From the human T2T-CHM13v2.0 reference genome, Homo sapiens, in NCBI RefSeq assembly GCF_009914755.1, contig NC_060944.1: a DNA stretch of 64,000 nt; one strand, given 5' to 3'. The notes under the pieces were generated by a model that searched no databases, was not told the DNA's origin, and saw nothing but the letters and a program-made list of their open reading frames with translations. Shown in pieces: positions 1-12,029 of this stretch. The first letter of the stretch is position 1, and every line of letters begins with the position of its first letter. The position numbers and the translations under genes were made by a program.

Positions 1-1188
1 GGAAAACTAGTGATTCATGTTATTTTCCACATTCTTCTGAAGTTATTTTTTCCCCATGTGCTAGGCTAGAAGTGGGGCTGATGGAAACGTCTCCGGAATT
101 TTCCTCTGTTAAACATTCAACTCTGATGTTCTCTGTTAAAATAAATTCAGTACCTGTGAGCTAAGGAAATGTGACCAAGAGTCCCTTAGTTAGGCTCAGT
201 AACCCATCCCTTGAGTTATCTTGATTATTGAAATGATTTATTTTTCACAAGACTTGTAATTTCACGCAAAAGGAAGGAAGGGGGAAAATCACAAAACAAA
301 CATGGATTGTTCAGGAATACTTTCAGATTGCAAATGAAAAGCTGTAATAGACAAGTCATCAACTATTCAGCTTTGTTGGGAATACAATTGATCTTGTCAG
401 GGCTAAAAACCCATCTGCCGTTGAGAGGAAGATAATTTAAAAATTCCCTAATTAGTGTTCCATTTAATCTTCCACTGTCATGGTAAATGCTTTGATTAAA
501 GTAAGTAACACTCATGAGTCACTACAAACCTATTTGAATGTCCATAAACTGATATAATTTTCCCACCCTTCACCATCTCAACCAGTATTGCCCTTCCTGG
601 CCCCTGCAATATAGCAAGGATGGATTTTCAACAAAGCAAATAAAGGACTGATTTTCACAAGATCTGAACCCCGAGGAGCAGATTGTCAACCTTTCTTCTC
701 TGCTGAGGACAAAGACAAGATCACAGACCATTTTCAAAACTTCCATGTTTCCAGAGGCTCCCTGTAAAGACTACAATCCTTTCTCTAGGGGTTCACACAG
801 TGTTTTCTACTCAAGAGTCACAGGGGAGTTTAAAAACATGCATATTCCCGAGTTCAACTCTTCGATTTTAATTTTGCAGTTGGTGGTAGAGTTCAGGTAT
901 TTGAATTTTATCATCCTTTACAGGGATTCTGAAGCAAAATTACTACTTTTCCACTTCATCTGTGATCTCCTACTTACTTTATTACTACTAATAATTGTTG
1001 GTAGAGTTTGACCTAGCCACGCTTAGAACCCAGCTGTCTCTGTTAGGAAGCTCTTTAAATGAGCAAAGGCCCTCAAATGTTACCTTTTACTTGCTTTCCT
1101 ACTTAGGGTTTTAGTTCCTTATTCTTTTATTCATTTATTCAATGAGTCTTTCTTGAACACTTAATGTGCAAAGTGTAGTTTTAAGTAT

Positions 1189-1562
1189 TGATATGGTTTG
1201 CCTGTATCCCCACCCAAATCTCATCTTGAATTATAGTTCTCATAATCCCCACATGTCATGGGAGGAACCTGGTGGGAGGTGACTAAATCATGGGGCTGGT
1301 TACCCTCATGCTGTTCTTTGATAGTGAGTGAGTTCTCATGAGATCTGATGGTTTTATAAGGAACTTTTCCCACTTTTGCTCAGCATTTCTCCTTCCTGCC
1401 ATCATGTGAAGATGGATGTGTTTGCTTTCCCTTCAGCCATAATTATAAGTTTCCTGAGGCCTCCCTAGCCCTGCAGAACTGTAAGTCAATTAAACCTCTT
1501 TCCGTTATACATTACCCAGTCTCAGGCAGTTCTTTATAGCAGCGTGAGAATGGATTACTACA
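1189..1562 (+). mobile_element. ERVL-MaLR solo LTR (THE1D-like), inserted in an L2 remnant
   Basis: Starts TGATATGGTTTG..CCCCACCCAAATCTCATCTTGAATT and ends GGATTACTACA; 5-bp TSD AGTAT at 1184-1188 and 1563-1567; both flanks resemble an L2 3' region on the minus strand. Confidence 0.92.
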
Positions 1563-2199
1563 AGTATCAAAGATTTAGCAGTAGGAAAAAAAACCAAAAA
1601 ATTAATACTGTAAGGGAGCTTGCATTCTAGAGAAAAGAAAAGGAAGGAATAATTATTCGAGTATTTGTAATCCCAATTGTAATAAGCAGGGGCCAGGAAT
1701 AAGGTGTAGGGAGGTAAGGTTTTTATTTAACTGGGTTGACTGGGAAGTTCCTTCTGACAAGTTGCAGGTTTGAACAAGCCTGCCCTGTAGTAAACTGGGC
1801 ATCCTCTCTTTCCTCACACCTCACAACCCCTGCCAGGAAGGAAGGGCAACCCTGGAGAAAGCATGGCTGAGGAGACAGAGAGAACTGGGTTCAGGTCACA
1901 CCTTGCTTCAGACCCTGAATCCACCCATGCTTCTACTTTTTAGTAAAGTAAGGGATTAGTAAGATGTTTAGTAAGGCAAGCTATTTAATCCACTTCTGTA
2001 TTTTTTAATAAAGTAAAACATTAAATTCTTTTTGACTAAGTAAAGGGTATATTGGGTTTGCCCTTTGCCACCAGAAATTCTAATACATATGCTAATTTCA
2101 TTTATTTATTTTAATAGAATCTATTTTGTTATTACATAAGAATATTATAAAAATCATAAAAATACGAAAGTGCAAAGATAAAAAAGCAAATCTTAGAAT

Positions 2200-2760
2200 A
2201 TCATTTTAATGATTTTGCCAAGTATTCTATCATATGGCTTACTTATTGAACCAAGCTCTATTCTTGTACATTTAAATAGTTTATCATTGTTGGTAATGAG
2301 TACCAACAAAATTGTAAGAAATATTTTGAGACAAATTCTTTCTCATCTATTATTACTTTCTTAGGATCTATTTCTCAAAGTGGAATTATAGGCTCAAAGG
2401 GCATATACACGTTTGTGGCTTTTGAAATACAAGTGCCAATTTGCCCTTAATTAGGATTATACCATTTTTGACCACCCATAGAAGTAGCCAAAAGTGTTTA
2501 TTTCTTTATACATTTACCAACACCAAAAAATAGAAAAAAAGTTTTAATATTTCTTTTATAAAATCAGGAACATCATTGTTTATTTCATATTTATTTTTAT
2601 TCCTAGAAGATTTAAACTTTTTACTATACTAAAATTTTAATTTGTTTCTTTTGTAATTGCCAGTTTCTTGGTTCTAATCCCATTAAAATTTTTGAATGTC
2701 TGTATTTTTTATTAATTTGTAATAATGTTTTATATATTAAATATATTCCTTCACTAATAA
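2200..2760 (-). mobile_element. Ancient L1 (L1ME-like) fragment
   Basis: Degenerate antisense L1 3' motifs, e.g. TTTCTTAGGATCTATTTCTCAAAGTGGAATTATAGGCTCAAAGGGCATATAC. Confidence 0.55.
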
Positions 2761-2779
2761 TAATAATTCAAGTTATAGG

Positions 2780-3188
<409 letters not shown>

Positions 3189-3233
3189 TAATGACAAGTT
3201 GCTTTTGATTATTATTTCCTCTTTCCTGACATT

Positions 3234-3417
3234 CAGGGGTCAACAAGCTACAGCCAATTTTGTAAATAAAGTTTTATTGGAACATAGCCATACTCATTCA
3301 TTGATGCTTTTACACTGCAAGGTCAGACTTGAGTAGTCATGACAGAGGTCATATGGCTTGAGGAGCCCTAAAATATTTACTGTCAGGACCTTTATAGAAA
3401 ACGCTTGCTGATCTTTG
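3234..3417 (+). mobile_element. MER58A-like hAT-Charlie MITE
   Basis: CAGGGGTCAACAAG..TTTTGTAAATAAAGTTTTATTGGAACATAGCCA..AAAATATTTACTGTC..GACCTTTATAGAAAA. Confidence 0.8.
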
Positions 3418-4199
3418 CAGTTGCTTCCACCTTCTGCAAATTGTATAAATGCTTGGTCTCCTGGATCTATCCTTCATCTTACTATATCTTATTTTCCCCT
3501 CAAAATTTCTAGCTAGAATTAAATAAACTATTATATTTTTCTTTTAGCTATAAACTGTACAAGAATATGATTCATTGGCTTTCTTGATATTTTAATCCAA
3601 AAACTAACATTTTTTTTGTTCCCAAAACACCCTATTCTCACTCCCTCTTGTTTCTTATCATCCTGTCTTATTTTAATAGCACAGCATCTTCTTGGATGTA
3701 ACTAAGAATAATATTTAACTTCTTAAAGACGTTATTTTGGATGAGATCCATTTCACTTATGAAGGCTGTTTCTGTCTTGGGCTAGGTGTTGATGTTTAGA
3801 AATGCAGGTCTAGATTTATCATTTATGGAAGCCATTGTGGACTTCTCTCAACAAATTCTTCTCTGGGTCTTCACAGCCATGCCAATTCAGTGTGCTTCTG
3901 AGCTGAATAGAACTATATTCTTTCACTTGATCATAATGGAATTTATTCTGACAAATAGTTGTTAGTGTTTGTAGCATGAGGTTGGGCCCTTCCTAACTGT
4001 GAAGGTAGTTAGATAAAGCTCTGCTCTGTTTTTTTTTCCTTCTTTGTATTCAATAGGAATAAATGTGTAGGACTGTTTTTAGCAAAGAAAGTAAAAAATT
4101 ATGCAAGAACTGATTGTTTTTCATAATCTATAGGGTTTTAGATGAAACTCAACTAGAACTTATTAGAAAGGCTCAGTTACCAACTAAGCTAAAGGAAGC

Positions 4200-4565
4200 A
4201 GGCTTCAAAACTGGAATGTGATATATATAAGTCAGTAATAATAAAGTACTCATTAGACACTGTCCTGGTGGGGTCATATTGCAAAAATCCATTGCCAATC
4301 TTGTATCGCATTTTAAAAGGGATGTTAACAAGCCTGTCTACATCAAAAATAAAGAGTAGTCTAGAAATAATATCACATTATTAAATATTATCTTCAAATT
4401 TTGTAGCAGCTTTCATAGAGAAGAATACATGTTATGAGTGGCTCTGATTAACAGAAAAAAAATGACGATGGAAAGTTATAGGGAGGCATAATTTGACTAA
4501 ATAAAGGAAGAAATATCCTTCTAACAGCTAGAGATTTCCAAAAACTGAATCGGTCACCTTCTCAA
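4200..4565 (+). mobile_element. CR1/L3 LINE remnant
   Basis: CATTTTAAAAGGGATGTTAACAAG and AAGGAAGAAATATCCTTCTAACAGCTAGAG resemble the CR1 3' region; highly degenerate. Confidence 0.4.
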
Positions 4566-4630
4566 AAATATTAGATAATTTTAGTTAAAAACTTAATTTT
4601 GAGATTTGAATCACCAACTGTGTGACCTAG

Positions 4631-4840
<210 letters not shown>

Positions 4841-4911
4841 TAAGTAGTAACAGTAGTATTCATAATACAATGATGTTATGAAGATAAAATTATGTTACAA
4901 TGGAATACTCA

Positions 4912-4988
4912 AGTATTTATTGAGTGTGCACTGGTTTAAGACCATTATATTACAATGATCTTAAATCACTGCATACTCAATAAATACT
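4912..4988. repeat. 77-bp near-perfect palindrome (38-bp arms, 33/38 complementary)
   Basis: AGTATTTATTGAGTGTGCACTGGTTTAAGACCATTATA-T-TACAATGATCTTAAATCACTGCATACTCAATAAATACT. Confidence 0.92.
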
Positions 4989-5289
4989 CATCCTCAATAA
5001 ATGCAGTTATGCTGCTCATAATGCAAAGTGATGAGCTCCCCGCTTCCCAGGGGTAATTCAGGTAGAGTCTAGATGTTCTCCTGCCTGAAATAGTGTGTAA
5101 GGAATTCCAGTGTGAGAAACATAAGTCAGAGCATTCTTCCAGGATTGGAGCACTTGCTCTGGTTTTGCTCTGTTCATGGAATGTTTTGATTTATTTGCAC
5201 TATAGAAGAGCTAGTATAGAGATTCTAAAATAGAAATAAGCTTGGAGAGTTCCAAGAATAGAAAGAAGACCAATGTGATAAAGCAGAGG

Positions 5290-5665
5290 AAGAACGGGTC
5301 TGATGCCCACCCGTATCCATTTCTCCTTTTCTTCTGGGCACGTGCAGAGATTACATCCCTGTGCTGCTTTGTAGTTAGAGACATATGCCTTTTCTGTCCA
5401 TGCAAATAACAATAAAATGTGTTCTTCCTCAATGGAGCAGTAAAGAGCCTTTCATGGTTCTTGAGTCTCTCTCTTTTCCTGTAGGAGTGAATGGGATAGG
5501 TTTCCTGTTGAGATGACTCACACCTCAGGTGGAAAACAGCAATCTGGGAGTCTCCCATCCAAGAATGAAACTATAGGAACAAGAAACAAACTTCTCTGTT
5601 AAACTGCTGAGATGATGGAGTTATTTTTTTAAAGCAGAACAGCCTAAAGTACCCTGACTAAAGCA
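5290..5665 (+). mobile_element. Old MaLR LTR (MLT1-like)
   Basis: 3' end AAACTTCTCTGTTAAACTGCTGAGATGATGGAGTTATTTTTTTAAAGCAG..CCTGACTAAAGCA is typical of MLT1. Confidence 0.6.
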
Positions 5666-6419
5666 GGGAATGACTAGTAATGGAGGATAAGGTTAGAAAT
5701 GCAGTCAAGACCCAGTAATACTGCATTTCATAGGCCAGGATAAAGAGAGAACTTGTGACCGATGTAACAAACAGCCCCTGGACAGCAGATGAGTCACATG
5801 ACCTCTCAGGTGTTGACTCATGATGCTACCATAACTCTTAAACTTCCAAACCCCAATATCTCAAAATTTGCATGACCTGCTGAGATACTAGCTCTTTACC
5901 CTCCATCAGTAATGCAATGCTGTTCTTCCTAATTTATGACATGAGAAAGTCAACTTTTTTATGCATTTGACAGCAAACAAGAAAAGAAAACACAGACAGA
6001 TAAGTCCTCTAAGAATGTCTTTCTATATAGTCACCTTTAAAATCCTTTTTTTCTCTGCTACACCCATTCTTTATCTTTGTTTTGTTTTCTGGCTTTTGCA
6101 AAGAATTGTGCAAAAGGTAGTTGCCAAATAAGGATAATTAATTTATAAATATTTGTGATAATTTTTTTCTATCTTTGCATTCCCTTTTAATGAAGAAAAG
6201 ATTGCCAAGTTTTAAGTTTAACTAAATACACACCTGTCTAGGTCCTAGATCTGAGTTATAATTAACATTTTAAAAGGAAATAAGCCAAGCAACATATTTG
6301 GTTTTTTTTTTTTTTTTTTTTTTTTTGGCCAGGAATCAAATTAGATTTTATGTTGTGTATAGAAGTCAGTGAATGCATGACTACATGCTCAACATTAGTT
6401 TTTAAATGACATTGCTATG

Positions 6420-6660
6420 ATGATATCATTGCCTAACCTTTACTAAGGATTTAGTATGATGTATACTAGGTAGACTTATAAGCAACTTATCTATACTATC
6501 CTGTTTAATCCTCACAACAACATTATGAAGTAGATGTTATTGTTATGCCATTTTTTAAAGGAGGAAACTCAAGAGAAGTTTAATGTCACACAGATAATGA
6601 GTGTGGTGGATGTGAGACAGAATCAAGGCAATTTAACCAAGGATGCCACACTGTTAATTA
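6420..6660 (-). mobile_element. MIR SINE
   Basis: TTTAATCCTCACAACAAC..ATGAAGTAGATGTTATT..CCATTTT..GAGGAAACT. Confidence 0.75.
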
Positions 6661-7254
6661 TTATGAAAACTGTGTGATAACATAAGAAAGCTAATGAGAA
6701 AAGTATATACTTTAAATAAAGAAGTTAATGTTACTTGCTGATTGACCACTCTGTGATTTGGAAAATAATGTGGTGACATTTTCCGTGTCCGAAGATGGAA
6801 AGTTAACTGTGGCACTGGAGACCGACGTATTATATAGAATAATTATTTAAACCCTTGAGTCTCAACTTTGTCTGTAAAATAAAGATTATATTACCTACCA
6901 TACAGATTCATGATGAAAATTAAATGAAATGATATAATGTGTAGTGTAAAGGAGAAATAGAAGACATTCAATAAATATCAATTATCTGATTGAGTATACT
7001 CTTTACCCATCCCTCAGTGAGATCTTGGGGATTAGTGGTATCTATCTGTAAATTGTTTTATAATCCAGGGTTGAAAGCTGTTGTGTATACAGAATGTGAT
7101 AATTCCTTCTGGAATTGAAAAAAAAAAGATTTTAAAATGCCCTTTAAATTTATTCTGGAGAAAAATGTCGTATACGCTAATGGTAAATAATAGCAATCAC
7201 TGGGAAGAATAGAAATAAAATGAAATAAATTAAAGTAACAAAATGATGCTAATA

Positions 7255-7500
7255 TTTGGAGCAGTGTAGTATAATAAATGATTAAAAACCTGAGTTTTGG
7301 CGTCAAAGAACCTATGTTTGAACCTAGACTCTTTTGCTTCTTACCTCTATCACTCTGCATACCTTTCTTTACCCTTTTTAGACTCAGTCTCCTCAGCCAT
7401 GTAAGGTGAAACTAAGGCAAGGTTGTTATAAGAATTAAATGAAATGATGCACATAAAGTATTTAACACAGTGCTGGACTCTTACTTGGGCAGATACTGAT
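7255..7500 (+). mobile_element. MIR SINE
   Basis: tRNA-derived head, CTCAGTCTCCTC core and AGAATTAAATGAAATGATGCACATAAAG..ACAGTGCTGG. Confidence 0.7.
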
Positions 7501-7864
7501 AATTATAATGATTGCCTGGTTCCCCAACATGCCTGGTGAGATCAATCATTAACCATCACTAAATAAATAAATCCCTCCTCTACTAATCTTGGAGTATATT
7601 GCACATAGTGGTCCCTTTGAGAGACAGCTCAGTTGGAAATGGGCAACCATCGACTTCTATGGCCTATGTCATTCAATTTTCAATCCTTCTTGCACTTCTG
7701 TTACAACTGCTCTAAAAGATAACTGTCTCTCTTTTTATGGTGTCCCCAGCCCTACACACCTACACCCAGTGACTTTTGCACATGCTGTATCCTCTTCTTT
7801 GGTATTAATCTTTAATGCAAATTTATCCAGCCTTTTTGAGTATGAATAGGAACATGATGGGTAA

Positions 7865-8055
7865 ATACATAATAAATAGATAGATACATATATACATGGA
7901 TACATATATACAGTTACAGAGTAGATATGAACATATATCTATGTAGATATAGCTATGTGCATATAGTACAGATATATTAGAGTTATAGATATAGTATATG
8001 CAGATACAAATATAGATATATAGACACAGACATATAGACATATAGTTATAGACAA
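7865..8055. repeat. Degenerate (TA/TAGA/CATA)n low-complexity tract
   Basis: AGATAGATACATATATACATGG... alternating AT-rich units. Confidence 0.8.
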
Positions 8056-8904
8056 AAAGAGATATTGAAGGGTAGGAGGTTGTGTGAACGCACTCACAGC
8101 TTTTTCTTGGCCTGGGAAAAATACTTTTTAGTATTTTTCTTGTACCAGGGTAGGGATCTCAATAGCATTCATTATGCTGATTTTGAAGAATAATTTCCCA
8201 AATCAAAGAATGTAGTGATGATAAGCTCCTAGTGAGATTTTTCTAAACTTTTAGCTTTAAAAAAAATCTACCAAATAAGAATAATGTTGTTTGCAAAACC
8301 TCAAAGTACTGGAATCTGATAGAAAATATAGGGACATGGTTGAAAGAATGAACAGCAATCCAAAATCAAAAGCTATTGTCTCTGATCATGATCTTTATGT
8401 CTCTACAGAGGTATATATTTATGATTTTTATACTTGAACTTTCAACTCTTTGCTAAGTGCGTAATCATTTAAAAAATCTAAAGTGACTGATATCTTATTC
8501 TAATCCAAATTGCTGATATTAGGATGGTGTATTATGTGTCCTTTAAACTAAAGAATCTACAAAGGAATGAAAACTATAGAAACCCATGATGAAGAATTGA
8601 GCTTCAAATCATTATCATGGAATAAGAACTTGAAATGTTAATTCCAATATTAGCCATCAGTCTTTGGAAAAAGTCACAAAATGTATAACAATAATTGGTC
8701 TGCATTCTTGTCTAGTAATTAAACTTCTTTATCGTGCGGACTTAGTGGTTTGAGTGTAGAAGGACATAGTAGTTTTAATAAAATATTAATTATTGAATTA
8801 TGTTCAGAAACATGTAGAAAAGCATGTGTTTCAAAAACAATATTAGAGCTACTTTTATCTAGTCTTTTATATGTTGAAAGGGTTTGAAGAATAACCTCTC
8901 TAGG

Positions 8905-9340
8905 AGCAACAATTATTTGGTAACGAAGTACAGAAACGCACTCTGGCTAGTTGAAGCTGAAGGGAATTTTTTGGACTATAAGGAAAGAAGGAAGCTGTCC
9001 CTAGAAACCCAGAATGATAGAATCACAGGCATGTTTTCATCTGGAAAGTAAACTGCATGGGCAACCACATTTGGGAAGACCTTCTACTGCTTCCAGATTT
9101 TCTGGTCATTATGCATTCCAGGGAGGAGCATCAAATCCCTGTAGCTTGAGTCACGTGCCCATCTTGATCTTACCAGAAAATAAAAAGAAGGACAGGGTGC
9201 AAGGACTCTTCAGAACTCCCTTTGTGTACCCTAACTCTTGCATGTAATAGGCCACTCTCCAACTAATGACTAGCATGTTTCCCCTTAGATAAAACCAGAC
9301 TGCTGTTAGGGAAGGAAATAGATTCTAGGCTGCCTTAAAA
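8905..9340 (-). mobile_element. Ancient MaLR LTR (MLT1K-N-like)
   Basis: TTGGTAACGAAGTACAGAAACGCACTCTGGCTAGTTGAAGCTGAAGGGAATTT resembles an antisense MLT1 3' end. Confidence 0.45.
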
Positions 9341-10634
9341 TAAATGTTTTTTTTTTTTTTTTTTGTCCTCCCCTTAGATCCTTTCTGCATAGCCTTTTGA
9401 ATAAGGCAGTATGTTATTACTATCTACTGCACATGGAAATGGAAGTTGTTTGAGTTTAAGCAGACTATCCAAGTTCATGGTGCCATTAAGGAAAACAGAC
9501 AAGACTAGAGACCATATTCTTGTGTCTTTTCTAGTAGTTTTCCTACTACACCCTTCTGAACAGACATTAATTTATTATTTGGTTTCTTTCAACTACAAAT
9601 CACCTTATTTTTCCCTTTTCCTCTAAATCATTTTAGTGGATAACAAGCTACAGAGAAAGTCTGTGTATCACTGTCAAATCACCTTTTGGACAATATCACC
9701 CTGCCATGTTTCTGTCAAAATGAATCTGCAACATTGACGGGAGAAAAAATATATAAAGGAAATGTCCTCATTGTTCATTCAGGGACGGACTCAGCTGGAG
9801 GGAACCTTGGGAGGTGGCATCACCAGTGCAGACTGGATACAATTAGGAGATGCTGGATGCCTCTCTGTGTTCCTGGGCACATTTACACTCCCTTAAAAGA
9901 GCAATTTCACTTTGTCTCCATCCCAAGCTTTCATTCTACCCCTGCAGTTCACAGCCGTGGCAAACACTGAACACAATTTTATATTTGTATGTGTGGACAG
10001 TGTCTGTGACATATTGACCTTGCCTAAGATATGGAAGCCTGCGGCTCTTTCTTCTAAGTGTAGGGGAAGAAGCCACGCGGGTATGTACTGACATGGAATG
10101 AAAGAACTTCAGAAGCTGTTTACAGGGTTTCCTGAAATTCAGGAGAATGAAGCTTGAGACGTTTAAAATTCTCTTTATAGCTGATTTGAATTTGCTCAGT
10201 AGAACACAGATCCCAGAAAAGCCTATCTCATGACACCTATTCACACTGCTCTTTTGTGGGTAGAAAGGAATATCTCCTTTTCCCCTAACTCTGGAATTAA
10301 ATTTCTGGGGCTTATGAGTTCCTAGGAGTGTGGGAGAAGGGTGTGGACTACAGTGTGTGCTAATTGTTATTATGATCATTCATCCATCTGACAAATGATG
10401 CCTAAGTGATATCTGACAGGAAGGCTAGTACTTACTTTCAGAAGTATACGCCCATGAGTTTTTAATCTCAGATATACTTAGACTCAGAAAATTCAGATAT
10501 TTCTGTGTCCCTATTTGACAAACTTCCACCAGCATCCCAACAACAAGGTAAAGGAAGGGGGCTATAAAGGATGTTTTCTGAAAATACTTTGAGTCACCCC
10601 ATTTGCTATCCAGCCATAAACAGAACCCTCAAGG

Positions 10635-11672
10635 CAGGGCTCCCCAACCCCCAGGCCATGGACTGGTACCAGTTTGTGGCCTGTTAGGAACTGAGCCACA
10701 CAGCAGGAGGTGAGGGGTGGGCAAGCAAGCAAAGCTTCATCTGTATTGACAGCCGCTCCCCATCGCTCACATTACCGCCTGAGCTCCGCCTCCTGTCAGA
10801 TCAGCCGCAGTATTAGATTCTCATAGGAACACAAACCCTATTGTGAACTGCGCACGATCTTGGTTGTGTCTTCTTTATGAGAATCTAATACCTGATGATC
10901 TGTCGCTGTCTCCCATCACCCCCAGATGAGACCGTCTAGTTGCAGGAAAACAAGCTCAGGGCTCCCACTGATTTTACCCTGTGGTGAACTGTATAATTAT
11001 TCCATTATATACTATTTTGTAATATATAACATTTCTATTATTATTACATTGTAATATATTATTATTATGCTGTAATAATGTATTACTTGTAATACATTAT
11101 GTTGTAATACTTTACATTACTTGTAATACATTACATTTTTACGTTGTAATAATGCATTACATTGTAATATATTATTATTATGTTGTAATAAGGTATTACA
11201 TTGTAATAATGTATTACATTGTAATATATTATTATTATGTTTTAATAAGGTATTACATTGTAATAATGTATTACCTTGTAATATATTATTACATTGTAAT
11301 AATGTATTTGTAATAATGTACATTGTAATATATAATTATATAATTACATGGGAATACATTATTATTACATTTGTAATATATTACATTGTTATATATTACA
11401 TATATGATTACATGTAATATATATTACGTATAATATAATAAAATATATAATAATATAATAACATACATATAATGTATATTACTATATTGTTACATGTAAT
11501 ATATTGTTACAATGTAAATAATATATTACAATTTAATAATAATGGAAATAAAGTGCATAACAAATGTAATGCATTTGAATCATCCCAAAACCATCCCCCT
11601 AACCCCCTGGTCTATGGAAAAACTGTCTTCCATGAAACCAGTCCTTGGTGCCAAAAATGTTGGGGACCAGTG
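10635..11672 (+). mobile_element. MER1A hAT-Charlie element with internal minisatellite expansion
   Basis: TIRs CAGGGCTCCCCAAC / GTTGGGGACCAGTG; 8-bp TSD CCTCAAGG (10627-10634) / CCTGAAGG (11673-11680); typical MER1A body on both sides of the array. Confidence 0.92.
11008..11535. repeat. AT-rich palindromic minisatellite (18-bp unit TATTACATTGTAATAATG, 57-bp higher-order unit)
   Basis: 11161-11217 and 11218-11274 differ at one base; the unit core TATTACA-N-TGTAATA is self-complementary. Confidence 0.9.
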
Positions 11673-12029
11673 CCTGAAGGGACAAGTCCTGACTTGGATA
11701 AAGACAGGAAATTGCCACAAACATAGAGAGCAGTGGAGTGAAGATTTCTGATCTAGAAAAACAATGACAACAATAATTCAGTATTCACAGCCTGAGTAGA
11801 TTTGGGTTGATTTGCAGAGCAGTTGGCCTAAGATCCTTTTGAGACCACCAGCCTAAATACTAGCTCTTTCCCCAGACTCACCTTACCACTCACTGGCCCC
11901 ACATGGGTGAGGCCTTGAAAGTCATTTAACAAAGTACTTGGAACTGAAGGAACGAAAAACTAGAGCTGTGTGTCATTTTAACAATCTGTTATTTAGTCTC
12001 TGTGACACTTTTATTTTATCGTTGGTGGT

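Noticed and set aside
90-525. NF-kB-like GGAATTTTCC (95-104) and AP-1 TGAGTCA (515-521)
   Set aside because: Dispersed and imperfect motifs; not distinguishable from chance without chromatin data.
9936-10379. 147-aa ORF
   Set aside because: No recognisable domain or exon structure; length expected by chance over 64 kb in six frames.
11117-11323. Repeat protein ORF (LQCNTL repeats) or CRISPR-like array
   Set aside because: Translation of the 18/57-bp minisatellite; no unique spacers, no cas genes, primate context.
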